Source of the DNA: Takakia lepidozioides
Taxonomy: Eukaryota; Plantae; Bryophyta
Direction of reading: 5' to 3'
NCBI GenBank assembly: GCA_030704615.1
Contig: CM060731.1
Coordinates: forward strand, 43,896,001 to 43,960,000
Length of the DNA stretch: 64,000 bases
This document shows, one piece after another, positions 25,480 through 39,536 of this stretch. The notes under the pieces are model-generated. The model ran no database searches. It saw only the letters and a list, made by a program, of their open reading frames with translations, and had not been told where the DNA came from. Position 1 is the stretch's first letter. Every line of letters begins with the position of its first letter. The position numbers and the translations under genes are program-made.

Positions 25480-26003
25480 CTAAGTGTCAGTGCCACGAGG
25501 GCAGGACAGCTGAAGCCACGAGGGTACATGGCGGGTAGTGATTTACTTTACACTACCCGGCCACGAGGCAGAAAAAGCTAAGTGCTCGGCACTTAGCAGC
25601 AGCGAAGCACATGACACACTACCACGAGGAGCAGTTGTGGGTAGTGAAGTTGTGGGCCGTGAACCACAATATTACATGGCCACGGTAGCATAGGCTTTAC
25701 TAGTAGAAGTAGTAGTGAGGGACCGTGGGCCGTGTACCACTAAGGCACACGACCACGAGTCACAACCACGACCACGCGCCACTTTTTTGGCAAACCTTTT
25801 AGGTTGCGTAGGCAGTTAGGCAACGGTTTTTTAACGAAATCAGAGTGATTCGATGTGTACTTGTGTTATGATGTGAGGACTCTGAAGTAAAGCCATGCTA
25901 TTCCAAGCATCTCGGTGTAGAGTGATTGTGAGATAGAGAGAATGTGTATTATGAGAGAACGTGAGATAGTGAGAATGTGCATCATCTCAGAATAGAGTTT
26001 GTT
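25480..26003 (+). repeat. Partial LTR related to 52032-52883
   Basis: Shared blocks GCAAACCTTTTAGGTTGCGTAGGCAGTTAGGCAA and CTCTGAAGTAAAGCCATGCTATTC...ATCATCTCAG. Confidence 0.75.
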
Positions 26004-27239
26004 CTATGTGCCACAGCGCATCTGCACAATCAGACTCATGGATGGGCAGCAGGTTTGCCCCTTCCTCCCGTGTAGTTGTAGTTGTCGACTCCGTGAACTC
26101 TGTCGAGGAAGATTCACCCACAAAGGATGTTGCGTGCACGAAAGTGGGTGGCACGGGCACACGTGGCACCAAAAAGTTATCCCTATCATGTCGATGTGAA
26201 TCACCGTCCGATCCCGGAGGGGTATCCAGTTTGCGCTTGCATGAACCGAATCTCTCCTCACCTTCCAGATGAGGATGTCTGGATTGCAAAGGTGTTCCCA
26301 CTGTGCATTCGTTTACAACCTTTGCCATTCTAACAGGATTCTTGCATCTGTTTGCAGCCCTCAACTGCAACTCCGCCCTGTCTGGCCCCTTACTAGAACC
26401 ACGTCCACGAAGGAAATCCCGGTACCGTGTTTGTTGCGAAAGCAGAAACGGCTCATGTAAACTTTGTTAATAATTACGGCCGTACTCACTCTTCAAGTTG
26501 CATTGTGATAAATAATGCTGAATATCACAACATAGCAACCGATGGAGATCTCAGTGTCTACAGATTTTGATGAGTGACACACCAACCTCACACCAAAGAA
26601 AACATACTCCAGGGCCTGAATCAGATCCCTAGGACAAACAAGCACTGATCTACAGACACAACAATGTCAAAAAATGATGAAACACAAGAAGAACTAAATA
26701 GGGAGTATTAAAGGCCATGTGGGGAGCTGTTAAGCAGCATTTTCAAAAACATCCACCACTATTCCTCATGGCTTTCAATTATGTCTCGCATACAACAAAA
26801 CTGAAGCACTCCTGCATAGAAACTTGCCCCTTAAAAATGCTATGGGGTGGTTCCATGGAGACCATCCCATTTGCCCCCCTTAATTCAGCTTTGGGATGAA
26901 ATTATCAAAATTTCATCCCATGTTTCATCATCTTCAACTATTTCTTTTACATTGGACGTTATCTTTTATATTATGTGTGTCTTTGATTTCTTTAACTGTA
27001 GACTAGTCTCGCAAGATTGTTTCACGTCATGCAAGATTTTTCTCTCCCTCTGTTTTTATTGCCTTCGCATTGTGCTCTCTCCCAACTTGATCATGGCCTT
27101 GTCAAGACTTCAGATACACATCATTGTTTTATCAGTATGGATTATTGTGATGCAAGCCATGAAGGATGTTACTAAAGTGGTGCTGCCAATATCCAGGTAG
27201 AAGAATTGTAATTTGGACAATTCTTTCCCATTTTCTCAC

Positions 27240-27590
27240 AAATCAATATATGAAACAGGGCAGTCTGTTTGTTTGTTTGTTTGTTTGTTTCGTTTTGTTT
27301 TGTAGCGTTGAGATCTCCCAAACCACGGGCCCAGCCCTGGTGCTTGGTACCATTGGAAAGCCCTCGAAGAGAAGGGGTGCATCGACTTGGTCTCATGATT
27401 TTTGGACTTGCGGTGTGAGAAATGTGGAATTTCAAGTACTTTTGGACGCTGGAAATTCGTGAAAAATAGCAAATCGGGCTTTCCTGGGACAATGATTGGA
27501 GCCTCAACGGAAAATATATCAGTAATGATTGGATACGTTACTACTCAATAAATTCATGAAATAAAATAAATTGGGCCTTGACATGGGAGA
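27240..27590 (+). repeat. Dispersed copy of the repeat unit arrayed at 42-46 kb
   Basis: (TTTG)n-GTAGCGTTGAGATCTCCCAAACC...TTGGAAAGCCCTCG...GGGGTGCA...TTCAAGTACTTTTGG. Confidence 0.85.
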
Positions 27591-28093
27591 CGTACAAATG
27601 GTGAAGAGACAGGTGGATTTGCCAATCAGGGTCAGCTTACCTGAGCCGGCTCGAGAAGTAACCTCCACTGTCCAGTCAATGTTGCCATCTGGAGAGAATG
27701 GGTCGGAGAACCTCCCTCCTCGGATAGAAGGAAAAGAGATGGAGGTGCCCAAGCAACTAACCCAACAATAAGCCCTCATGCGGGTACTCCTTAACGGTTT
27801 TTTGTAGATTAATTTCGTTGTCGTTTGTAATCCTCTTTATATAGGGTTGGTACACTACAACAAGAAGTGGGTTTTTCGACTCTGTGGTTGACTGTTTTTT
27901 GAGTTGTTTGTGACACTTTTACTGTCGGCCTTGACAGTCAAACTGCTCTGACAAGCCGTGACAATGGTCGAGTCGTTTCAGTCAATCAATCAAACCGAGG
28001 TGCCAGGTTTCTGATATGTTCTGAGAGGTTGGTTTCTCTATGAGCACAAGCAAGGATTTCTATGAGCAGATATTCCCGAACATGAGATAATAC

Positions 28094-28447
28094 CAGTGTT
28101 GGGCGGTTATTTGATTTTTTTCATAACCGGCAATTCCGGTTGTTTCGAATTTTAGGAAACTATTAACCGCGGTTGCGGTTAATAAAATTTTTATGGCTAA
28201 ATATAACCTCAGCGGTTATGGTTACTTGCAAAAACCTCAAATAACCGGCGGTTTTCATCAAATAACCGCGGGTATTGGGCTGTTCTTTAAGAGGTTTTTT
28301 GCTCGGTTATTTGAATGCGTGATCTCCGCCGGTTCCTAACTGGACCGGTTACTTCATTTTTTCACCTCCGTCGGTCATATATATATATATAACCGGATAG
28401 GTAACCGCCGGGTATTAGAAAGAAATTCAAATAACCGCCCAACTCTG
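28094..28447. mobile_element. hAT-type MITE
   Basis: TIRs CAGTGTTGGGCGGTTATTTGA...TCAAATAACCGCCCAACTCTG; 8-bp TSD GATAATAC/AATAATAC; internal AACCG motifs. Confidence 0.85.
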
Positions 28448-30926
28448 AATAATACCATGTTCGAAGGAATATTCTCCCATCCGAACCTGACCCGAACCTG
28501 AACCTGAACCACACTATTTGGCGCCGAACCCGAACTCGAACCTAAACCTGAACCTGAACCTGAACCTGTTCAGCGCCGAATGATGTGGCCACTAAAAAAA
28601 CGGATTTTTTTTTTTCCCTTAATTTCTTTTTTTAGTGTATGAAATGGGATTCGGCGCCGAACCTTCAATCTTTGAGGGGATATATGCAATAAAAATTTAG
28701 TAAAAATCTCATTTAGAATCCAAAATGGGAATATTCCATAAATCAAACCTATCCCGAACGTATGGACAGGCTCGGACGTGGTTCGGAAGTCTGCTCACCG
28801 CCCACTGCTCAGGACTCAGTGCTCGTGCTCGTGCTCACTGCTCACGGAATTTCAGCCCCCTGTTCGGACAGTCAAATGCGACAGTAAAACAGAGGGGATG
28901 ACGTGTAGTAAAGTGATTTAACTACGGTATGACGTGGATGCGACTTGGATGCGACGTGGACATAGCGTGGCTATGACGTGTAGTAAAGTGGTTTAACTGT
29001 ATTATGACGTGGATCAATGCGGATCACATGGAGGAGGGTTTGATAACCCTGATCTTTTTTATTGTTTTATATGTTTCGTTGTATTCAGTATTCTTCGTCT
29101 ATTATACTTTTGTGAGAAACGCAAGGTTCGTCACATTGGCACCTTTGCGAACAGCTTGAATAGTTACGACGAAGGGATACCATAGTGCCACTCAATGGAA
29201 GCCACGAGGTTAGTACAATACTAACTTTTGAGTACCGGGTGATCGGACTCTATTGCATTATTTCCAACACTAGGTCTTGAGACGTACCGGCCACTGAGGC
29301 CACAGTTACATTCATTTTGACTCGGCCCTTGAGGTCCATATGGCGTGGCAGGTCTCTTAACTGGCTTGTCGTGCATTGTGCCGCACTATCACCGACTGGT
29401 GTACACCCGTAGCAGGGTCGCACAGCGATCAACACCATTGAGGGAGTGCATCGGGCGTACCATCTGTGGTCATCGCTCCGCCTTAGTAGATTGGCTGATT
29501 GGGATCGGGCCAGGAGAGGACGAGTTCGAGGGCCAGAGTCTCCCGCATCCGAGGAAAGCCTGTCGACCGTTCTTGCCTCCCCGAATATACTACCATCGGG
29601 GTTCCACACCAGCAGCTCTTATCCGTGAGTTGATTGCATCCGGTTCACTCTCCTTGGTAGGTACAGTGAGGGATCGCCCTGCAGATAGTTCTTTCATTGC
29701 ATCATTTCCTTTAGTTCGTAGGTCTGTCCCACCGGATCCAACACGACCGGTGACTTTCCCTTTTGGCCTGAGAGTTCCCCGGGCTTATTCGTCTCGCTTG
29801 CCATTTTGAGTGGTATATGCGACTTACTCGGTGGATAGTGCCCCGAGTAGACCTTTAGAAGTATACCTCCTCAGAGGAGGACGATCCAATATCCGGTAGC
29901 CCTCAGGGAGCCGAGTGATCAGTACTAAGATCTCAGGAACCTCTAGGGTGAGAGGTCTTGAGAGTCCAGTTGATTTCAGTAGGACTAGGATGCAGTAGCA
30001 GAGTACGGTTATGCATTGTTGTATTTAAACCATCCAAACTGTATCACGTCCATTTTTATTATTTCTATTGGCTAATGCATTGAGCGAACAAGTATGAGAA
30101 TGTCAGTATCAGGGAAAAAGTTGGTATGACCTCCAACGCGAAAATCAAACGCCTCCGACATCGGATCTTCCATGCTCCACTAGAAGTGTGAATCCGAACT
30201 GAGGCTTATCTCCGTTATCTGGTGGAAAAGAATGAACATAAAAAACATTGGATTGACGAACAAGGTTTTGGTGTACCCGACAACTTCCAACGGGTGTCTC
30301 TCAAAAAATTTATTAGTGCCCAGATAGATTTGTGTTTCCAGGGTACTCGTGCCCAGGGATTTATTTGGGTGCTCTCCATCCCAGGTCATCATTAGTGGCC
30401 CATGTAAGGTGGCAGGTTGATTTCTTCACCCATTGTGACTCCTGTCAATCCTTTGCGGCGCAACATCTGGTCCTGAAGGTAGATTGTGAACATTGTAGAG
30501 GTCCTTGGCCTATAGGACAACTGTTAATGCATAGTCGGTACACACTGATGTACCACCATCACCAAGGTTCCACGGTAGGTACCCTGATGTAACCTCCTTC
30601 ATTCTTGATATGGTCCTTCAAAGGAATATAGGCCATTTGGTGCAACCAGAAGTAGGAGAGTCATCATTTCAACAGTGAGTGTATGTCTAGCTCAGGATCG
30701 AGAAAACACTCCCAAGTTTAGATAGTATATCTTTTGACATTAGGCTGTAGTGTCGGCTAGCCAAAGAAGCAGTCAGGGACCAGTTGTTAGGAAAGAATCC
30801 AGAATTGAGTCCAGAATCCGATTCGGACACCCGCAGTCTAGAAAGGATAGATTGGGAACAAGAGGATACCGATTATTTTTCTTGTAACGAGTATTTACGG
30901 GTGGTTTCCCAGTACCCAGTCCTCCA

Positions 30927-31440
30927 TTGTCACCTCCAGCGAGGTCTGTCAGTCCTTCGCCGTCAGTAGTGTCAGTTGTGGCCCATATTCCAAGGCTGCC
31001 TGAGGTGCCCATTGTAGTCCCAGCAGGTCTTGCCCCACTAACATTGCCCAGGCATCTGCCTTGGTTTTCTGGGGAGGCACATGAGAACCCAAAGTATCAT
31101 GTGAAAAACTTTATTCAATGTTGCTATTCTAACCAAGCATTGGATTGGCTGATCTGGTTTCCCACAACCATGAGAGGAAGAGCATCTACTTGGTATTGGC
31201 AGCAGGCACCAGGAACATTTGTTACTTGGTTGCAGATTCGCGACGTTTTTTTTGGATCATTTCCCGGCGGTGCACCAATTCACTAGTGTCTTGATGGCAT
31301 TAGCGCAAATTTGTCAAGGTCCTGTGGAAGAGGGAGCGGACTTCAAGACGAGATTTAGGGAGCTAATGAGGCTTCAAAATCCCTTGACCCCTTTAGACGA
31401 CAGGGTACTCAAGGATTGTTTTCTGAGTGGTCTAAACTTG
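30927..31440 (+). pseudogene. Retrotransposon gag fragment (non-chromovirus Gypsy)
   Basis: LPWFSGEAHENPKYHVKNF...FPTTMRGRASTWY...TWLQIRDVF/FLDHF...QGPVEE...F.SGL, with a frameshift. Confidence 0.75.
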
Positions 31441-32521
31441 TGTTGCAGCAACGACTTGCAACGTTGGCAGACGCCATCCAAGCCGGCAATGAGTTCGACA
31501 ACATGCACCGACAAGTACAACGGGCCAAAATGCCGGAGTTGGCCTTACCATTTGTGCAGAGCATGGATAGCTGAAGGAGCAGGGATAGAGTTTGGGTCCA
31601 GATTCATCCAAGAAATGTAGTGGGAATGCAGATTTTGGTGCTAGCGGTGCTGCATCGCTACAGAAACCCACATTTAAGAATCTCTTTTACGACAACGTGT
31701 ACAGCAGGGGCAGGGGTTGAGGCTTGGAGACCTATGAGTAGATGGTGCAGGAAGGGAAGGGGTGTACAGTCCAACCACTGTATGATGTTTGGTTGCATCT
31801 ACAATGTTTTGCAGATTCAGATATTTATGCGTGTCTCTTGCATATTAAGTGCATGAAGATGATAGGCACGGAAGCTGGAAATTAGCAGCAGCATGCCTAC
31901 TGTCTCATTTCTTTATTATTAAAAAAAATTGTTTTGAGCCATCCAAATGTTTTTGGTACCTGCGTTGCATTTGTATAATATGTTTTCATGTATTTGTAAT
32001 GTATTTCCAGTGAAATGCAGCGAAGCAAAACCAATATATATATATATAACACGCTAAACATTAATTATATATTAAACCAATATAAACCAAATCAAAACCT
32101 ACACCAATCAAAATCAATATATATATGTATATATATAATTGATATATTCATATATATATACCATAGTGAAACATATTTACTAAAACACTAGTATTTTCAC
32201 TGATTCACAGTAAAACCAGGCATTATGCACAGTTAATAGTTTCGTTATATATTCATCCCAATGTCAGTTGACCTACTTTACTATAGTGAACAACTTTACT
32301 CCACGTCATACATCCTCCACGGTCAGGTGGGTCCCACCATTTTACTGTCGCATTTGACTGTCAAAACCTGGCACCTCGGTTTGACTGCTTGACTGAAACG
32401 ACTCAGCCATTGCAACTACGTGTCAGAGCAGTTTGATTGTAGATGGTGAAAGTAAAAGTGTCACAAACAACTCAAAAACGAGTCAAATAGAGAGTCGAAA
32501 AATCCACTTTCTGTTGTAGTG

Positions 32522-33387
32522 GATGGATGAATGAGGATTGTGCCTCACCCAACACAACGAACGCGATTGGTACGTCATGCCCATGAGGAGTTGAGACATT
32601 TTGGGATGCAACACGCTCATAGTTTGTTGCAAGGGCAGTATTGGTGGCGGGGCATGCACACAGATGTGCAACAGTTAGTGGCAAGGTGCATATTGTGTGA
32701 TATGGTGCGTGTTTCCTTCAATGCACCTACTCCACTGTTGCATCTTTTACCCATTATGGGATTGGGTTATCGGTGGAGTCTTGACTTCGCAGACCCATTG
32801 TCACTAACGATGCGCCACAACAAGTATGTGTTGGTGATGGTGGAACACTTCTCGACAAATAGATTGAGCTGGTGGCATTGCCTGACAAGGAAAGTGAGGA
32901 GGATGCGTATGCATTCTTAGATCAAGTGCTTAGCCAATTTGGTGTTCCAGCTGAGATACTCACATATCAAGACAGAAAATTCATCGGAGAATTTCAGGCT
33001 TTGTGTGAGCAAGCCTTGAGAGATCATCGCACTACTTCTCGGGATCATCCCGAGGCTGATGGCTTGGCGGGAGAGTTGTTCAGACAGTCAAGCTCTAGGG
33101 GTTTACGCAAGTACGATTTACAGAAGGGACACCTGGGAGATTGGGACCTTCAGTTGTCTTGGTTGGCTATGGGCTATAGATTTAGCAAACAAGCATCATT
33201 TGCTTCATTCTCATCTTACTTTATTCTCTTCAGCCGAGAGCCAGATTTGTCTACATCTATTCGCAGGGAGGTTGGAGTAGTCCTCAACCTTGATGATCCG
33301 GATGTGTGGATACAAACATGTGACCAATGAGCAGAGTTGTTCAAAAGAGTCATACCTATGGCTTTTGAGAATCTTGCTATTGCCCAA
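32522..33387 (+). pseudogene. Integrase fragment of the PHD-type Gypsy family, cut by the Tcn1-like element
   Basis: MRIVPHPTQRTRLVRHAHEEL...WSLDFAD...NLAIAQ; closely similar to ORF 60547-61737. Confidence 0.88.
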
Positions 33388-36300
33388 TGTCAAGGACGAG
33401 AACATGACTGAACACAAACAAGAGATCAGACTAGAGATACAAGACTAGACAAGAAGTCACGGTCGGCGTGGCCGAATGCATGATGAGTAAATATGAATCA
33501 AGACGATCTTTATAATAATGAACAAGGGTACAAGATATTGGAACACGACTTGAATATTGGAATGCTGGAAACTGGACTGGAGTACCAAATATTGGAAACT
33601 GGGCTAGAGTACTGGGAACTGGACTGAAGTACTGGAAACTGGAAACAAGAGTAGCTTGAACTGGTGTTGGCGAGACTGAAGAGTGTCCAGTCTCGCCTCC
33701 TATATATACTGACTACTATAAGGTTCCCTAAGAGGCTTCCCAAAAAGAGGTTTCTTGATGGAGAAGTTTTCTTAAACAAATGAGGTATCTTGATAGAGAA
33801 GTTTTCTTAAACAAATGAGGTATCTTGATGGAGAAGTTTCTTCCAAAAGAAGCTTCATGAGCAGTTTTCCAAGTTACCCTCGGTAATTTGATAAACTCCC
33901 GATAACTTGGTAATTAATGGTAGATCTTGGTAGATCATGATAGATCACGGTAACTTTCGATAACATGGTAACTTGGTAACTTCTGGTATTTACTCCTGGT
34001 AAGTTCCTCTGGGCTATGTCCGTGACATCACCCCCTCCTCTAGTGCCGAGTTCCTCGAGGAGCGGTAAAATCTTGGATTTGCTTAGAGTTGGAGAATCTC
34101 CATCCTTAGTGTGTATCAGATACACTGAATGTGGAGTCTTCACCCTGAAGGTAACTTGGTTGACATCATCGTTGTGACGTCTTATTGACATGTAGCTCGG
34201 GGTTTAGCTGGATATCGTTGATGAAATTATTGGACTTTGTCAGATGCATTGGCAAGGTTGGATGAAGGTTCCCACGTTCGTTCGCTGATGTCGTAACCTT
34301 TCCAATGTACGAAATACTCAAGACGTTTGTACTTGATGCGAGAGTCTAGGACTTCGTCGACTTCATATTCGATTTCATGATTGACTTCGATTGGTGGAGG
34401 TGGTACGGAGACTCCCCCTGGAATATTCGATGGATGATACAACTCCAATAATGAAACATGAAAGACTAGATGGATGCGCATACTTCGTGGGAGTTCAAGC
34501 CAAAAACTGACCGGATTTATTTGATTTTGAATGGCCCTAGGCGTTGATAATCCAGCTTCATTGATGGTCGCGAGGTTTGTATGTCCCGTCGAAGAAGCCA
34601 CACACGATCTCCGACCTTGAACTGGGTTTGGAGTTGGCGATTGTGATCTGCATACTCCTTGTATTGTTTTGAGCTTCTGCGAGGTGAAATGTAAGCTCAT
34701 TGTGAATCGTAGCAAGATGAGTAGTAAGGTTCTCTACAACAGGGCTTCTAATAATCTTCATAAGGAAAGGGTTTGCTCGAGGATGATGACCATAATTGGA
34801 GAAAAATGGAGTTTGCTTGGTCGAAGAATGTACAGTGTTGTTGTAGGCAAACTCAGCCAATGACAGAAGGTCTGTCCAATTATTGGTGATAATTTATCGT
34901 ACAGCGGAGATACTATTCCAAAATCTGATTTACGGGTTCGGTTTGACCTCAGTCTGTGGATGATTAGCTGTAGAGAGGTTGATCTTAGTATCCAATATGT
35001 GAAATAATCCCCTCCAGAAATTTGATATAAACTGTGGTCCTCGATCAGATACGATGTCCTTCGGGAGTCCATGAATGCGGTAGATATTATTGAGGAAGAG
35101 TCTTGCAGTTTCCTCGCCGGTAACCGTCTTATTACATGGAATGAAATGTGTCATCTTCATAAAATGATCTACAATAACAAGGATTGAATCGATGGTCTTG
35201 GAAATTGGAAGGTCCGTAATAAAGTCCATAGATACAGACGACCATGGACCCTTGGGAATGGGTAATGGTTGAAAAATGTCGTAAGGTCAATATCATGGTC
35301 CCTTCGCTCTAGCACACGTGTCGCAAGATTTTATAAATTCTTTAACGAGTTTCCACATCTGCGGCCACCAATAGTCCCTGGATATCAATTCCTGTTGAAG
35401 CCGAAATGTCCTGAAGCTGGAAGATCATGACATGTTTGAAGAATTCGACGTCGTGTAGGTCCTGGAGGTACATAGAGAAGTCCCTTGAAATAAAATAAGC
35501 CATCTTTGAATTCGAAGTCATTTGTAACATGTGGGTTGTCTCGAGGTCGATTTAGTTGACTTCGTACTGTCGTAGCAAATTGGTCGCTCTTCAGTGCTTC
35601 CTGAATCTCCTTTATGATCTCTGCATCGTCATAGGTGGACATGTATAACATATTCAATTGGAGATTTGCTGATTTCAAGATGATGGATTATGTTGGTTGA
35701 AAGCTACCTCCCTTTTTTTCGGTGCAAGATACGATCGTCGAGAAAGAGCATCGGGTTTCCCTTGAAGATGTTCGGGGCGATAAGTAATAACAAAATCAAA
35801 CCTTGCTAGTGACATACCCCATCTTGCTTGAGGTCGATTCAAAACACGAGCACTCATAAAATATTCGAGATTTTTGTGATCGGTGTAGACAGTGACCTGA
35901 TGTTTAGCTCCCTCTAATAGATGACGTCACTCCTTAAAAGCATCGATGATCGCTAGAAGTTCTTTGTCATGGATTTCATAATTGATTTCTGCAGCGAAAA
36001 ATTTGCGAGAACGAAAACCAACAGGGTGAAGTCGGCCATCTGTACCGTATTGACAGAGTATAACGTCAAGTCAAAGTCCGATGCATCTGCTTCCAAGAAG
36101 AATGGTTTAGATGGGTCTGCATGTACGAGTATTGGAGCTGTTGTAAATGTCTGCTTCAGTCTTTCAAATGTCTGGTCAGCCTTTTCGTCCCATACAAATT
36201 TGTCTTTCCCTTCGAGTCGTGTCAATGGTGCAGCAATTTTGGAGTAGTCCTTGATGAAGATTCTATAGAAATTTGCAAATCCCAGAAAACATTGTACATC

Positions 36301-38643
36301 TCGGACCGAAGTTGGTTTAATCCACTCGATGATGGTTTGTATTTTCTTCTGATCCATAAAGACGGCTTTGTCGGAAATAATGTAGCCCAGAAATTTGACC
36401 TCAGATTGATGGAAAAGACATTTTTCCAACTTAGCATATAGTACTCTTTCTCTTAATTTATCAAGGACAAGGTGTACATGGCGGCCATATTCTTCTTCAT
36501 TCTGTGAAAATATCAAAATGTTGTTGACTACAAAGTCATCTAAAAATTCTCGAAAGATGTCATTCATCATCATATGTTGGAAAATTGCTAGAGCATTTGT
36601 AAGACCGAAAGGCATAACACTGTATTCAAAATATCCATATCTAGTTCGAAAAGTTGTTTTCCATTCGTCTCCTTCTTTTATCCGTACAAGGTTATAACCT
36701 CATCTCAAGTCAATTTTAGTGAAAATCTTCGCTCGTCCCAGCTGGTCGAGAAGTCCATAAATCAGCGGCAACGGATAACGATTCTTAATTGTGACTTTGT
36801 TGAGACCGCGATAGTCTACACACATGCGTAATTATCCGTCCTTCTTTTTCACAAACAAGATAGGCGCCCCCGTAGGTGATTTTGAATGTCGGATGAAGTG
36901 TTTCGACAAATTTTCATCAATGTAGTCACGTAATGCTGCCAACTCCGTCTGGGATAAATTATAGATTGGCCCGAATGGTGGTTGGGCTCTTTCTTGTAAC
37001 TCAATTGCACAGTCATAAGGTTGATATTCTGGCAATATGTCTACATTTTTTTTCTCGAAGACATCCTTGAAATCTTGATATTGAGTGGGTAATGTTGAAG
37101 TACCTTTGTCTGTAATGGTCTTGATCGGAGTCGCATAAAGTGCAAATGCCGCATTCTTTTTGGTAGCTCTCATGAAAGCTCTAGCTCCAAAGAACAGGGG
37201 TTGAATACCTTTGGTATTTCTACATTTTTGTCTTGCAGAATTTTTTCGCGATCGCCAGTCGATGTCAGGATTGTGAAGTACGAACCAGGGAAGTCCAAGG
37301 ATCACAAGATTCGTGGGAGAGTGGATGACGTTGAAAACAATATGTGATGCTTGATCTTTAAGCTTCACTTCAAGTGATCGAGTTTCATGGTCCACATTTC
37401 TTGATGCTAACGGTCGTCCATCGATGACTTCAGCGGGGGGCCGAAAGTTTCTTCTTTACGAGCGTTAAATAATGTTGATTTGCAAAGTTTTTGTCAATAA
37501 AACATGCTGAAGCCTCTGAGTCAAAAAGTGCTTTTACAAAGATATCTCAATTTTACACTCTGATTTTTACCAGAACTGTGAAGCAAGGTGCAGGGTCTGG
37601 AGGTAGAAAGAGACATTTTTGTTGTGAGGAATTTGCGGTGTCCAGCCGCATGGTCCCTACTGTGACTGGACATCTTCGTTTTCCAACCTCCTTGTATCAA
37701 ACACTTGAGTTGCGCCCCCAGCTTTGAATCATTTCTTGTTGGGGCAGTTTAATGCTATGTGATGTTTTTCTCCGCAATAGAGGCATAATCCATTCGAGCG
37801 CCGTCTTTGTTTTTCTTGTGGCGTCAATGGCTTGATTCGAACAACATCAATCTGCATAAGATCACTACCGGATGTCTGATGGATCGTTGTGTTTGGTGTC
37901 GTAGTAGCAGCGGCATGATGCGTCGTCGACCATCCAGATCGATTCTCTTGACATCTTTCGAATAGACGATTATCGCATGCAATGACTTGGGTGATGAATT
38001 CGCTCAGTGTGCTCACGTTTGGCATTGTCAGCAACAAATCTTTTCATCCTCTTTCAGCCCATATCAAAACTGACTAGTAAGGCTCTTCTCATTCCAGTCG
38101 AGATCGCACGCAAATTGTCGAAATTTGGCAGCATAAACGGAAGCAGGACGTGCTCCTTGTCGAAGATTTCGCATCTTTGTCTTTGCAGCTCTCTCCCTAT
38201 CATTCTCTCCAAACGTTGCAGTAATCTCGGACATGAATGCTTCAAAATTATATAGTAAATGCGAATTTTTTTCTAATAGCGATGCAAACCAAGATAGGGT
38301 AGTGCCTGAAAAAATGGTGCCCACGAATCCCACTTGAATACCCTTCATCGGGGTAGCGTTGTGGATATAGTCGTAGGAACAGTCGTATTTGTTGAGCACA
38401 ACCGCGAAATCTTGATCTCGTCCCATCAAATTTCTCAGGCATGCTGATCTTTGGTTCTCTCGTAATCTGTTGAAGAGGAACCGTTGGAGTAAGAGCTACT
38501 GTAGTAGGGACTCGTATGGTTGAAGATCCATTGTTCGACTCCTTTAACTCTGAAATTTGTTGTTGCAAATTGTGGAGAGCGTTGCCAAGATCTTGAGACT
38601 GATCAGCTTGCAATTGGGCGGTAGAGGTACGAAGTTCTTGCAT
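33388..38643 (-). mobile_element. Degenerate Tcn1-like chromovirus: gag, PR, RT, RH, INT, chromodomain, PPT and 3' LTR (33388-34027); 5' LTR missing
   Basis: PKISMPEKFDG; CLYCGEKHHIALNC; ALFDSEAS; PILFVKKKDG; MPFGLTNA; SMDFITDLP; YEVDEVLDSR...VHWKGY...TWEP. PPT TAGAGGAGGGGGTGA; LTR bounded TGTC...GACA. Confidence 0.93.
37636..37684 (-). promoter_or_regulatory. Putative -1 ribosomal frameshift signal at the gag/pol junction
   Basis: G_GAA_AAC in the gag frame (LENEDVQSQ*), a 5-nt spacer, then the 9-bp stem TGTCCAGTC/GGCTGGACA. The -1 frame leads to the protease motif through two decay stops. Confidence 0.7.
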
Positions 38644-38650
38644 CTGGAGA

Positions 38651-39536
38651 TGCTAGTGGATCTTGCAGTATCCTTCATCTACTTCTTGAATATGGTGTGC
38701 AAGTGATGAAAACACTCTTGGCTTCAGCACAAACACGTGTATCCACTGCATCATCCAAAAAGAGACTGGTAGACCAACCCACTGTGCTTAATCCTCATAA
38801 ACGAGGTAGGGTGCTAGGGTGAATGGATGTCGAGCAAAGGGCGTCAGCCCTTCTGGCCATGTGCAGTGTCCTTACAACTACTACAAGGCCTATCCGCTGG
38901 CATGGCAATACAAGTGTGCATGACTTGGATCAGTAAATGTACACAGCTGAATATTGTTCCTTCAATCGAAGGAATTCATTTGTGAGTTACCAAATGCATG
39001 TCACCGCCTGGGTGTTTCAAAATGCCCTCTACAACTTGTCTGAATTGGACAAGGTCCCACAAGTAGATAAATCAAAAGATACCCCACTTGTGCCTCCGGA
39101 TATGGCCACGACTTGCTAGCTCATTGCCCTGGAGAATGTAAATTGTATGATGGAGAGCACAATGTCAGCTCTCTGTGTCCATAATTTCTGCTGTTTCCTT
39201 GATTATTTAGGTTTTTTTCAGTTCTTCTCTATGACAGCAAATAAGAGGCTTCTTCATGCAGATCCTTGGAGATTCCTAGAGTCCAACTCTTGTTTATAAA
39301 AACTGGGATAAAGCGATTTCTCATTTTAAATTTTTTACTTGTCTTTTCGGGACCTGTTCTCAATGAATACAAAACTTTACACACAATACGGTCTTCTCTT
39401 TAGCTACCTGCTGAGGACAAATTATTTGAATTCAATTTGTGTGGAATGTGTTGTTCTCCTTCTGTCTCTCAGGGTGGGTGTAATTAGGAATCACAACTGT
39501 AGCGTGGTTTCTATCTATTACCATAATCGCTTGGTG
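38651..39536 (+). pseudogene. Duplicated last exon and 3' flank of the cyclin-like gene (source 18794-19820)
   Basis: Near-identical sequence; acceptor CAG changed to CAA; ~150-bp internal deletion. Confidence 0.9.

Larger units (their letters stand above)
27853..32521. mobile_element. Large non-autonomous CACTA element with long subterminal inverted repeats and nested inserts
   Basis: Termini CACTACAACA...TGTTGTAGTG. Inverted similarity extends ~160 bp (AAACCGAGGTGCCAGGTTT/AAACCTGGCACCTCGGTTT) and resumes near 28868. Flanks GTA and GAT do not form a TSD. Confidence 0.75.

Noticed and set aside
28014-28866. Defined TIR element surrounding the hAT MITE
   Set aside because: An insertion is evident, but its ends match only loosely and no TSD is readable, so it was not classified.
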